From Bacteroidales bacterium (lineage in GTDB: Bacteria > Bacteroidota > Bacteroidia > Bacteroidales > JAAYJT01): a stretch of DNA of 64,000 nt. The stretch covers positions 37,743 to 101,742 of the forward strand of contig JACZJK010000033.1 in NCBI GenBank assembly GCA_014860575.1. The letters are read 5' to 3'. The translations under genes and the position numbers were made by a program. The notes beneath the pieces are model-generated. The model was not told where the DNA came from and ran no database searches. It saw nothing but the letters and a program-made list of their open reading frames with translations. Positions 36,303 to 43,790 of this stretch are shown piece by piece; the stretch's first letter is position 1; each line of letters opens with the position of its first letter.

Positions 36303-37425
36303 TAAGCACCTGCATATTATCTCTTTTAACATCCCCTACCCTGCCAATTATGGCGGAGTGATTGATGTTTACTACAAGCTGAAGGCCTTGCATAAGCAAG
36401 GTGTAAAGGTGCATCTGCATTGCTTCAAATACGACCGCGAAGGCAATGGCAAGCTTGCTTCGGTTTGTCATAAAGTGCATTATTACAAACGCTTAACCTG
36501 GCCTCTTGCAGCTTTCAGTTTAAAACCTTATATAGTTTCGAGCCGGCGTTCAGATGAATTACTTAAGAACCTATTAAAAGACGATTATCCCATCTTATTT
36601 GAAGGCTTGCATAGCTGCTATTACATTGATCATCCGAAACTAAAGGATCGCATAAAAGTTTACCGGGAAAGTAATATTGAACACCATTATTACTTTAACC
36701 TGGCCAAGGCTGAACGCAACGTATTAAAAAAGGCATATTTCCTGCTTGCCAGCATCAAGCTGAAAATGTATCAGAGAGTTCTTGAGCATGCTCAGTTGAT
36801 GCTCACTGTTTCAAAGGCGGACACAAAATATCTGCAGACGCATTTTCCACATAAGAGAATAATCCATCTTCCCAGTTTCCACCCAAGTGATGATTTCAAT
36901 ATTCTTGAAGGAAAGGGAGGCTATGCTCTCTACCATGGAAACCTTTCGGTTCCGGAAAACACGATTGCTGCAGAGTTTCTGGCCAAGGAAGTATTTCCGG
37001 GAACTCAGGTACCGTTGATCCTTGCAGGATTAAATCCTCCCGAGACACTTAAGAAAATTGCTGGCAATGGTGGTAATATCAGTTTGGTCGCAAATCCATC
37101 GGATGAGGAAATGTTTGATCTGATCCGAAATGCGCAGGTAAATGTGCTGGTTACTTTCCAGGGAACCGGATTAAAACTCAAGCTTCTAAACACACTTTAC
37201 AACGGTCGCCATGTGATTGTGAACAAAACCATTTTAAATGGAACCGGTCTTGATGAACTTTGCACCGTGCGTGAAACTGCCGACACCATAAGGGAAAGCA
37301 CACTTAATTTATTTGAAAAAGAGTTTGATCAGAACGAACTCCAGCACCGCCGGAAATTACTTAACGGGAATTATTCAAATGAGAGTAACGTCAAAAAATT
37401 AATTGAATACATTTTCGGCGAGTGA
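36295..37425 (+). CDS. glycosyltransferase family 1-like protein
   Basis: 376 aa. LHIISFNIPYPANYGGVIDVYYKLKAL is a GT-B N-terminus. The start overlaps the upstream stop (ATGCCTGA). Confidence 0.6.
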   Translation: MPDKHLHIISFNIPYPANYGGVIDVYYKLKALHKQGVKVHLHCFKYDREGNGKLASVCHKVHYYKRLTWPLAAFSLKPYIVSSRRSDELLKNLLKDDYPILFEGLHSCYYIDHPKLKDRIKVYRESNIEHHYYFNLAKAERNVLKKAYFLLASIKLKMYQRVLEHAQLMLTVSKADTKYLQTHFPHKRIIHLPSFHPSDDFNILEGKGGYALYHGNLSVPENTIAAEFLAKEVFPGTQVPLILAGLNPPETLKKIAGNGGNISLVANPSDEEMFDLIRNAQVNVLVTFQGTGLKLKLLNTLYNGRHVIVNKTILNGTGLDELCTVRETADTIRESTLNLFEKEFDQNELQHRRKLLNGNYSNESNVKKLIEYIFGE

Positions 37426-38088
37426 ACTCACCCTTCCGTTTTCACATTTCAAGGTTCTTGACGGGTATTTCCTGATGAGGGAATAATTATGGGTTGCCAT
37501 GAGCACTGCCCTGCCTGAACGACTGATGTCAAACAGCAAATCCATGATGCCTTCTGAAGTTTCAGGGTCGAGGTTGCCGGTAGGCTCATCGGCTAGAATG
37601 ATTTCGGGATCGTTGATAAGCGACCTTGCAATAGCCACCCGCTGCTGCTCACCACCCGAAAGTTGATGCGGTAGTTTGAATCCCTTGGTTCCCAGGCCAA
37701 CTTTATTCAGCACATCCTGCAGTCTTTTTTCCATTTCCCGCTTGTCTTTCCAACCGGTTGCCTTCATCACAAATAAAAGGTTCTCATTTATACTGCGATC
37801 CGTTAACAACTGGAAATCCTGGAAAACAATGCCAAGCTTCCTTCTCAATAAGGGAATATCTTTACGTTTCAGCGTGGCGAGTTCGGATCCGGCAACGTTT
37901 ACATAGCCTTCGGCAACAGGTAAATCAGCATACAGAACCTTTAGCAGGCTGCTTTTACCAGTACCGGTTTTACCAATGAGATACACAAACTCACCTTTCT
38001 CAACATTAAGCGTGACCTGAGAAAGTATAAGGATGTTCTTCTGAAAAATAGAAACATTGTTAAGTTCAATTACCGTGTCGAGCGCCAT
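37399..38088 (-). CDS. ftsE: cell-division ABC ATPase FtsE
   Basis: 229 aa. Walker A is GKTGTGKSS, the signature motif is LSGGEQQRVAIARSL, and Walker B is ILADEPTGNLD. No ftsX is adjacent. Confidence 0.8.
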   Translation of the reverse strand: MALDTVIELNNVSIFQKNILILSQVTLNVEKGEFVYLIGKTGTGKSSLLKVLYADLPVAEGYVNVAGSELATLKRKDIPLLRRKLGIVFQDFQLLTDRSINENLLFVMKATGWKDKREMEKRLQDVLNKVGLGTKGFKLPHQLSGGEQQRVAIARSLINDPEIILADEPTGNLDPETSEGIMDLLFDISRSGRAVLMATHNYSLIRKYPSRTLKCENGRVSSLAENVFN

Positions 38089-38128
38089 GGGATTGTATTA
38101 GTTGAAAGGCAAAATTAGGTAATAAAAT

Positions 38129-38197
38129 TGTGATGCAGTGTTGTTGTGAAGCTGTGAAGCTGTGATGCATTGATGCTGTGATGCTGTGATGTTGAAT
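38129..38197. repeat. degenerate octamer tandem array (GCTGTGAW)
   Basis: Units read gctgtgaa gctgtgat gcattgat gctgtgat gctgtgat gttgaat, preceded by tgtgatgca gtgttgt tgtgaa. It lies between wbqC and ftsE, which are on the same strand. Confidence 0.75.
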
Positions 38198-38233
38198 AGA
38201 AGCCAAAGCAAAGAGAGTATAATTAGTATTGCA

Positions 38234-38872
38234 TCATTGCGTAATTTTTTGTGAAAGATTGAGGAGATAGTCTTTACTGGCCGGGCCTTCATTGAAAAGC
38301 AAGTCAATGATGCTGAGATCAGGTATAAAAGGAAATTTAGTGCTAAAAACCTGTGTGTATGGTGGGAATAAATCCATGGAAAGAAATGCCTTCTTGGGAT
38401 GAATTGAATTGCGTAAGTCAATCAGGTCTTTCGGGTCTTTCTCAAAGTCGATGGAAAGGCTGACTGGTTTTTCAATCTCGAGTAATTCAAGCAGGAGTTC
38501 GATTAGCGAAAGATTGAGCGCAAATAAAGAGTTTTGTGGTTCGAAAAGAACAAGTTCAATCTTGTCGCGGTAATAGAGAAAGAATGGAGAAGCATTGTAA
38601 GTTGTTACAATAGCCCGCCAATGAAGCCGGTTCCAGGCTGATGGGGTTACAATTTGAACTTCTGAAGTTTGAGTTCTGTTTCCGTAAGGTTTTGTTATTG
38701 GTACAGAGAGTGACTGCAACCCGTTTGGTCCAAGGATTTGGCAACGATTTCGGTAAGTTTGACGGGAATAAGTCTCACAGGCTTCCAGAATTACTTTATC
38801 GTTTTTCAGTATTGCTGCAAACCATGAAATGGGAGGAAAGTAAGCTGTGGAAAGCAAAACTGTGGACGACAT
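38234..38872 (-). CDS. WbqC family protein
   Basis: 212 aa. LLSTAYFPPISWFAAI...ETYSRQTYRNRCQILGPNG is the WbqC-like signature. Confidence 0.75.
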   Translation of the reverse strand: MSSTVLLSTAYFPPISWFAAILKNDKVILEACETYSRQTYRNRCQILGPNGLQSLSVPITKPYGNRTQTSEVQIVTPSAWNRLHWRAIVTTYNASPFFLYYRDKIELVLFEPQNSLFALNLSLIELLLELLEIEKPVSLSIDFEKDPKDLIDLRNSIHPKKAFLSMDLFPPYTQVFSTKFPFIPDLSIIDLLFNEGPASKDYLLNLSQKITQ

Positions 38873-38897
38873 ACAGGATCACGATTTGACGACAAAG

Positions 38898-38930
38898 ATA
38901 AAAAAACATGGGCGCGGCTTCGCCGCGCCC
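38898..38930 (-). terminator. rho-independent terminator after the thioredoxin gene
   Basis: The minus strand has GGGCGCGG-cgaag-CCGCGCCC (a perfect 8-bp GC stem), then ATG and TTTTTTT. Confidence 0.75.
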
Positions 38931-38968
38931 AAACACATAAAATCCGAATCCTAAGAAAAAATCAATCT

Positions 38969-39337
38969 TTAGTTCGCTTCAGGTTTTTGTTTTAACAAAA
39001 TATCATTGATAGCCTGTATCAATGAATCCTTTGGCAATGCTCCTGCTGCCATCTGTGGCTGATCGCCAACAGGGCAGAACAATAATGAAGGAATGCTCCG
39101 GATGCCAAAAATACCCGCCAGTTCCTGCTCGGCTTCAGTATCAATCTTGTAAATATTGATCTTCCCGGCGTACTCTTTTGATAATTCTTCCAGTATCGGG
39201 GCAATCATTTTGCAAGGTGCGCACCAATCGGCATAGAAATCAATGAGGGCAGGAATTTTACCTTCAAATTTCCATTCTTTGTTTTCTTCAAAATTGAATA
39301 CCTTTTCTAAAAAAGTTGTTTTTGTTAAATGTTCCAT
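38969..39337 (-). CDS. thioredoxin (cytoplasmic type, WCAPC active site)
   Basis: 122 aa with no signal peptide. Contains IDFYADWCAPCKMIAPILEEL. Confidence 0.88.
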   Translation of the reverse strand: MEHLTKTTFLEKVFNFEENKEWKFEGKIPALIDFYADWCAPCKMIAPILEELSKEYAGKINIYKIDTEAEQELAGIFGIRSIPSLLFCPVGDQPQMAAGALPKDSLIQAINDILLKQKPEAN

Positions 39338-39364
39338 TTTAATATTGAGTTAATGGGTTATGTT

Positions 39365-39859
39365 TTATTTTTCTTCTGTTGGGGCAAGCATAAAATTATC
39401 TATCACTTGCTTAAGTGTTTCTTTAGGCAAGGCTCCCTGGCTCATTTGCGGCTGCCCTTTGGCCGGAATAAAAAGCATGGTCGGTATGCTGCGGATGTTG
39501 AAAACACGTGCCAGGTCTTTTTCTTTGTCGGTGTCAATTTTATAAATCCTGATCTTGCCTTCATATTCTTTAGCCAGTTCATCAAGAATAGGTGCTACAA
39601 TACGGCAAGGTGCGCACCAATCGGCATAAAAATCAATGATGGCAGGCAGATCGCCTTCAAATACCCAATCGTTGGGATTGGCCTGGTAGTTATAAACAAG
39701 ATCCAGAAATTCCTGTTGGTTGATCTTAATCGCTTTTCCTTCATTTGATGAAGAAGAAGTAGCATTTGACGTGGATTGATTGTCTTCACTACCCTGACTG
39801 GCGCAACTGGTGGTGAAAAGTGCAATGCTAAGTACAGTTGTTAGAAATATGCTTTTCAT
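39365..39859 (-). CDS. thioredoxin-fold lipoprotein (exported paralogue)
   Basis: Starts at the ATG at 39859 with MKSIFLTTVLSIALFTTSC, a lipobox-type signal. A Ser/Asn-rich linker follows, then IDFYADWCAPCRIVAPILDEL. The TTG start at 39883 lies inside the predicted promoter. Confidence 0.8.
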   Translation of the reverse strand: MKSIFLTTVLSIALFTTSCASQGSEDNQSTSNATSSSSNEGKAIKINQQEFLDLVYNYQANPNDWVFEGDLPAIIDFYADWCAPCRIVAPILDELAKEYEGKIRIYKIDTDKEKDLARVFNIRSIPTMLFIPAKGQPQMSQGALPKETLKQVIDNFMLAPTEEK

Positions 39860-39880
39860 GATGTAATTTTTAATTCGCTG

Positions 39881-39888
39881 CAAAATTA
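39881..39888 (-). promoter_or_regulatory. -7 box (TAatTTTG) upstream of the thioredoxin lipoprotein gene
   Basis: The minus strand reads TAATTTTG, 21 nt upstream of the ATG at 39859. Confidence 0.5.
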
Positions 39889-39922
39889 GAAAAATTATTT
39901 AATTAAATCGCATTAATATCAC

Positions 39923-39930
39923 TAATTTTG
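39923..39930 (+). promoter_or_regulatory. -7 box (TAatTTTG) upstream of the zinc-ribbon gene
   Basis: Exact match, 51 nt upstream of the ATG at 39982. It is divergent from the thioredoxin promoter. Confidence 0.45.
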
Positions 39931-39981
39931 CAAAATAAACACACAATTAGTTTTTTTGTTTAAAGTTCGACCCAAGTAAAC

Positions 39982-40365
39982 ATGAACCTTAAAAGCATTT
40001 TTTCAGAAGTTTCTTCCAATGTATATTCAACACAGTTTGCTACTGAGGAGGAATGTCTTGCGTTTCTTGCTCAGGCAAAATGGACTGAACAGTTCAGGTG
40101 TAAAAAATGCGGACATGATAATTATTGTAAGGGCAAAACACTTTATTCCCGAAGGTGCACACGTTGCAAACATGACGAATCAGCCACGGCCCATACTCCC
40201 TTTCATGGTTGCAGGATGCCACTAAATATGGCTTTTCAGATGGCTTACGAGATTTGCTGCCAGCCCGATATTTCCACTTACAAACTTTCCGATATTTATC
40301 AAACCCGGCAAATGACTTGTTGGAAGTTAAAGAAGAAAGTGCTTGAATGTATTAATCATTCGTGA
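39982..40365 (+). CDS. IS1595-type transposase N-terminal zinc-ribbon/HTH protein without a DDE domain
   Basis: 127 aa. EEECLAFLAQAKWTEQFRCKKCGH...RRCTRCKHDESATAHTPFHGCRMPL matches the Zn_Tnp_IS1595 pattern. There is no DDE region downstream and no inverted repeats are seen. Confidence 0.55.
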   Translation: MNLKSIFSEVSSNVYSTQFATEEECLAFLAQAKWTEQFRCKKCGHDNYCKGKTLYSRRCTRCKHDESATAHTPFHGCRMPLNMAFQMAYEICCQPDISTYKLSDIYQTRQMTCWKLKKKVLECINHS

Positions 40366-40469
40366 AAGCTTCCTTATCCTAAAATGAGTGTCAATATTTT
40401 GCCCGACTACAGAAACAATTTAGTAATTTTACGGCCGTAATTTTCCTATCTTAAAATCAATACAACAAT

Positions 40470-43400
40470 ATGAAAACTTTTTCTACACAAAACTGGAAGC
40501 TAGTAACATTTACATTTCTATTAAGCTTGATCCTGTTTATATTCACACCAAGCCTTCAGGCAGCCTGGTTCGATCGTCTGCCATATTCGGTAACCCAACC
40601 CGATGGTAGCACTATTGACTGCTATGCAAGTGGCGACGAATACTTTAACTGGCTCCATGATGAAGACGGCTATACCATTATTGTTGGCGAAGATGGTTTT
40701 TACTATTATGGTAAAGTTCAGGGTGAGTTTGTGGTTCCAACAGCATATAGGGTTAATAGCGTTGACCCTGCCGGTATTGGGCTCGAATCCTGGGCTAAGA
40801 TTTCAAACAAAGAATACCTTAAGCGCAAGGATGCATTTTGGGATGGAGCTGATAAATCAGTAAAAGCCCCACATACCGGCACGCTCAACAGCCTTGTTGT
40901 TTATATCAGATTTAGTGATCAGAATGAATTCACACAGCCAAGATCTTTCTATGATAATCGCTTTAATAACCCGGATGGCGTTTCCTTAAAAAATTATTTT
41001 TACGAGGTTTCTTATGAACAGTTGTTGATTGAGAGTTCCCAGTATCCAATCTGTGAGCTGACGACCAATTTATCCTATATGGACCCTAATCCACGTAATT
41101 ACTACGAACCATACCATGCAGTAAACAATCCGAATGGCTACCAGGGAGATAACCAGCGCCGCACCAGAGAACATACTTTGCTGGTGAATGCCATCAACTT
41201 TATTGCCCCTGAGGTTCCTACCGATCTGGTTATTGATGCCGACAATGACGGTGACATTGACAATATGTGCTTCATTATTCGTGGCAACTCCGGTGCATGG
41301 GCCGAGTTACTATGGGCACATCGCTGGGTATTATACTCATACAATGTTTACATTAACGGAAAACGCGCCTACGATTATACATTTCAACCTGAGAACCAAA
41401 ATAATACGCAAACGCTCTGCCATGAAATGTTTCACGTTCTAGGAGCTCCGGATCTTTATCATTATACCGGAAACGGCATTTCACCAGCAGGACCCTGGGA
41501 TCTGATGGAAAGTGGTTTCGGGCACATGCTGGCCTATATGAAGTATAAATATGCTGACCAACAGTGGATCACAGAACTCCCCGTGATTACAGTTGCCGGA
41601 ACCTATACGCTGAACCCGCTGACTTCATCAACCAACAACATCTACAAAATCGCTTCACCCAAATCCAGTGTTGAATTTTTTATTGTTGAGTACCGGAAGA
41701 GAACCGGACTTTATGAAACAAACCTTCCTGGTGATGGCCTGCTGGTTTATCGCATTGATCCTTCAGCAGGAAATGGCAATGCCAGTGGCCCCCCGGATGA
41801 AGTTTATATCTACAGGCCTAACGGCACACCAACAAGTAACGGAAATGTCAGCCAGGCAAATTTCTCGCTCAATGTTAACCGCACTGCCATCAACGACGAA
41901 ACCAATCCCAGCAGTTTTCTTCAGAATGGTGGCCCGGGTGGTTTGAATATTTTCAATATCACCGCTTCCGGCGAAACCATCTCTTTTGATATTTTAATGG
42001 GTACTGAGATTGACGCCGATTTTACTGCTGATGCAACCACAGTACCGGTTACCGGCTCGGTGCATTTCACTGATCTTTCCACAAATATTCCCAATTCCTG
42101 GATATGGACATTCCCGGGCGGAACACCCGCAAGTTCAAACTTGCAGAATCCTACCATTGTATATAATAGCGCTGGAATTTACCCGGTTTCATTGGTCGCT
42201 TCAAACAACTATGGTTTTGGATCAATTACCAAGAATGATCTCATTATTGTGGGCCATCCGGTTATTGAACCTAACCCTGCTGTATTTAATCTTTCCATGG
42301 AGGTAAACACTGCTTCAAACAACACCCTCAATATTACCAATCCTGGCGATACATGGCTACGTTATTTCATGGATCAGGAATATGACGCCAGCAAACAATC
42401 AACTTTGAAATCCGGAAATGCAGGCGAAGTACAAGGCACTTATGGTAATCTTCCTTCAAGCCGGACCGGGTTAACCTTTGCCAACGGTTTGCTATATATA
42501 GTATCAATGGGTGGAACCCTCAATGTATATGACACTTTGCAATCAGCAGTTGTTAATACTTACGATATCCACAACCAGGCTTTCAGCATTGCATTTGATG
42601 GCGAAAATTTATGGATCGGAAGTTCAACGGGCGTTTTCTCTGCTTATGATCTTAATGGAATTGCAACTGGTGAAACCTTTTCAATGCCTACCAACGAAAT
42701 TTATACACTTGCCTGGGATGGCAACTCATTTATAGCCAACCTTGCCGGGCAAAATAGCCCTTTCTTCTACCGTCTGAACCATCAGGGCGAAATTCTTGAA
42801 CAATACGCAACCGACCTCGAGAGCCGCGCCAGCCAGCTGGTTTGGGTTCCCGAACATACCGGGGCAAACTTATGGGCATGCAGTATAGGAAAAATAGTGA
42901 GACTGAAAGAGGAAAATGGTCAATTCATTGTCATTGATGAATTTGACAGCCCATCGAACCTGAGCTATGCCTTTGCACATGATGGTACTGATTTCTGGTG
43001 GTCAGCAACTGGTGGTATGCTATTTCGGATTGACGACGGCATGCTGGAATGGCTCTTCATTAACTGGGATCCCGAACTGCTTCAGGCCGGTCAAACACAT
43101 GAGATTCCGCTTGTTTTTAATACCAGGAGAATGACTCAAGGAACGCACAATGCAACTATAATAATTGAAAGCAACGATTTCGATAACCCGGTGGTTGAAA
43201 TTCCTGTAGCTCTAACGGTAACAATCCCGACAGGTTTGGAAAACATTCCTGTATCAAATTTCAGCGTATATGCATATAATGGTGAAATTCGGATTAATCC
43301 CCAGGATAATTCCAGGATAGTAATTGAGGTATTTGATATAACCGGCCGATTGGCAGCATCTGCAACAAGCCAGGACACAAGCAAAGTATCTATCCAAAAC

Positions 43401-43478
43401 CTGCCTAGAAATAGTATTTATCTTGTTCGAGTAACATCATCTGAGAAAGTAGAAACCAGGAAAGTATTTATTAACTAA
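40470..43478 (+). CDS. secreted M6-like (immune inhibitor A-type) metalloprotease with PKD domain, propeller module and T9SS CTD
   Basis: 1002 aa with a signal peptide. The zinc motif is LCHEMFHVLGAPDLYH. A PKD domain (FTADATTVPVTGSVHFTDLS...GIYPVSLVASN) and a five-repeat DG..LW module follow. The C-terminus is IEVFDITGRL...YLVRVTSSEKVETRKVFIN. Confidence 0.75.
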   Translation: MKTFSTQNWKLVTFTFLLSLILFIFTPSLQAAWFDRLPYSVTQPDGSTIDCYASGDEYFNWLHDEDGYTIIVGEDGFYYYGKVQGEFVVPTAYRVNSVDPAGIGLESWAKISNKEYLKRKDAFWDGADKSVKAPHTGTLNSLVVYIRFSDQNEFTQPRSFYDNRFNNPDGVSLKNYFYEVSYEQLLIESSQYPICELTTNLSYMDPNPRNYYEPYHAVNNPNGYQGDNQRRTREHTLLVNAINFIAPEVPTDLVIDADNDGDIDNMCFIIRGNSGAWAELLWAHRWVLYSYNVYINGKRAYDYTFQPENQNNTQTLCHEMFHVLGAPDLYHYTGNGISPAGPWDLMESGFGHMLAYMKYKYADQQWITELPVITVAGTYTLNPLTSSTNNIYKIASPKSSVEFFIVEYRKRTGLYETNLPGDGLLVYRIDPSAGNGNASGPPDEVYIYRPNGTPTSNGNVSQANFSLNVNRTAINDETNPSSFLQNGGPGGLNIFNITASGETISFDILMGTEIDADFTADATTVPVTGSVHFTDLSTNIPNSWIWTFPGGTPASSNLQNPTIVYNSAGIYPVSLVASNNYGFGSITKNDLIIVGHPVIEPNPAVFNLSMEVNTASNNTLNITNPGDTWLRYFMDQEYDASKQSTLKSGNAGEVQGTYGNLPSSRTGLTFANGLLYIVSMGGTLNVYDTLQSAVVNTYDIHNQAFSIAFDGENLWIGSSTGVFSAYDLNGIATGETFSMPTNEIYTLAWDGNSFIANLAGQNSPFFYRLNHQGEILEQYATDLESRASQLVWVPEHTGANLWACSIGKIVRLKEENGQFIVIDEFDSPSNLSYAFAHDGTDFWWSATGGMLFRIDDGMLEWLFINWDPELLQAGQTHEIPLVFNTRRMTQGTHNATIIIESNDFDNPVVEIPVALTVTIPTGLENIPVSNFSVYAYNGEIRINPQDNSRIVIEVFDITGRLAASATSQDTSKVSIQNLPRNSIYLVRVTSSEKVETRKVFIN

Positions 43479-43592
43479 GACAATGCATTAACCGGTTCGA
43501 ACCAGAAAAACAAAAACTGTACCGGCATATCGCTATTCAATAAGCAAAATATTCGTGATCTGATTAAAACCCAGGTCTGGATAAGAAGAAAT

Positions 43593-43628
43593 AAAAGCCT
43601 GACAAAACTAAGAACTTGTCAGGCTTTT
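43593..43628. terminator. perfect 13-bp stem hairpin (bidirectional terminator candidate)
   Basis: AAAAGCCTGACAA-aactaagaac-TTGTCAGGCTTTT. The A/T runs are part of both arms. Confidence 0.65.
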
Positions 43629-43726
43629 GATTAGTAACCCGATTTGAACACAGATACCGATCTTGTAGATCGGGAAAAGTGCTGCACTGTAAGAGATTCC
43701 TTACCATTTGATGAATTGGGCATTAG

Positions 43727-43763
43727 ATAAAAAAATTCCCCTTCCAGTAATGGAAGAGGAATT
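43727..43763 (-). terminator. rho-independent terminator after the S8 peptidase gene
   Basis: On the minus strand, AATTCCTCTTCCA-ttac-TGGAAGGGGAATT (13 bp, 1 mismatch) runs into T7. It lies 28 nt past the stop codon. Confidence 0.7.
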
Positions 43764-43790
43764 TAAAGCATTCAATAATTTATGGATATT

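Noticed and set aside
39982-40365. Possible insertion sequence (IS1595 family).
   Set aside because: Only the N-terminal zinc-ribbon/HTH part is present. There is no DDE domain, no flanking inverted repeats and no target-site duplication. It is annotated as an orphan or domesticated gene, not a mobile element.
43490-43512. CCGGTTCGAACCAG resembles a tRNA T-arm (GGTTCGAA).
   Set aside because: It is a self-complementary hexadecamer with no acceptor, D or anticodon arms around it. No tRNA can be folded here. I recognised no tRNA or rRNA genes elsewhere in the window.
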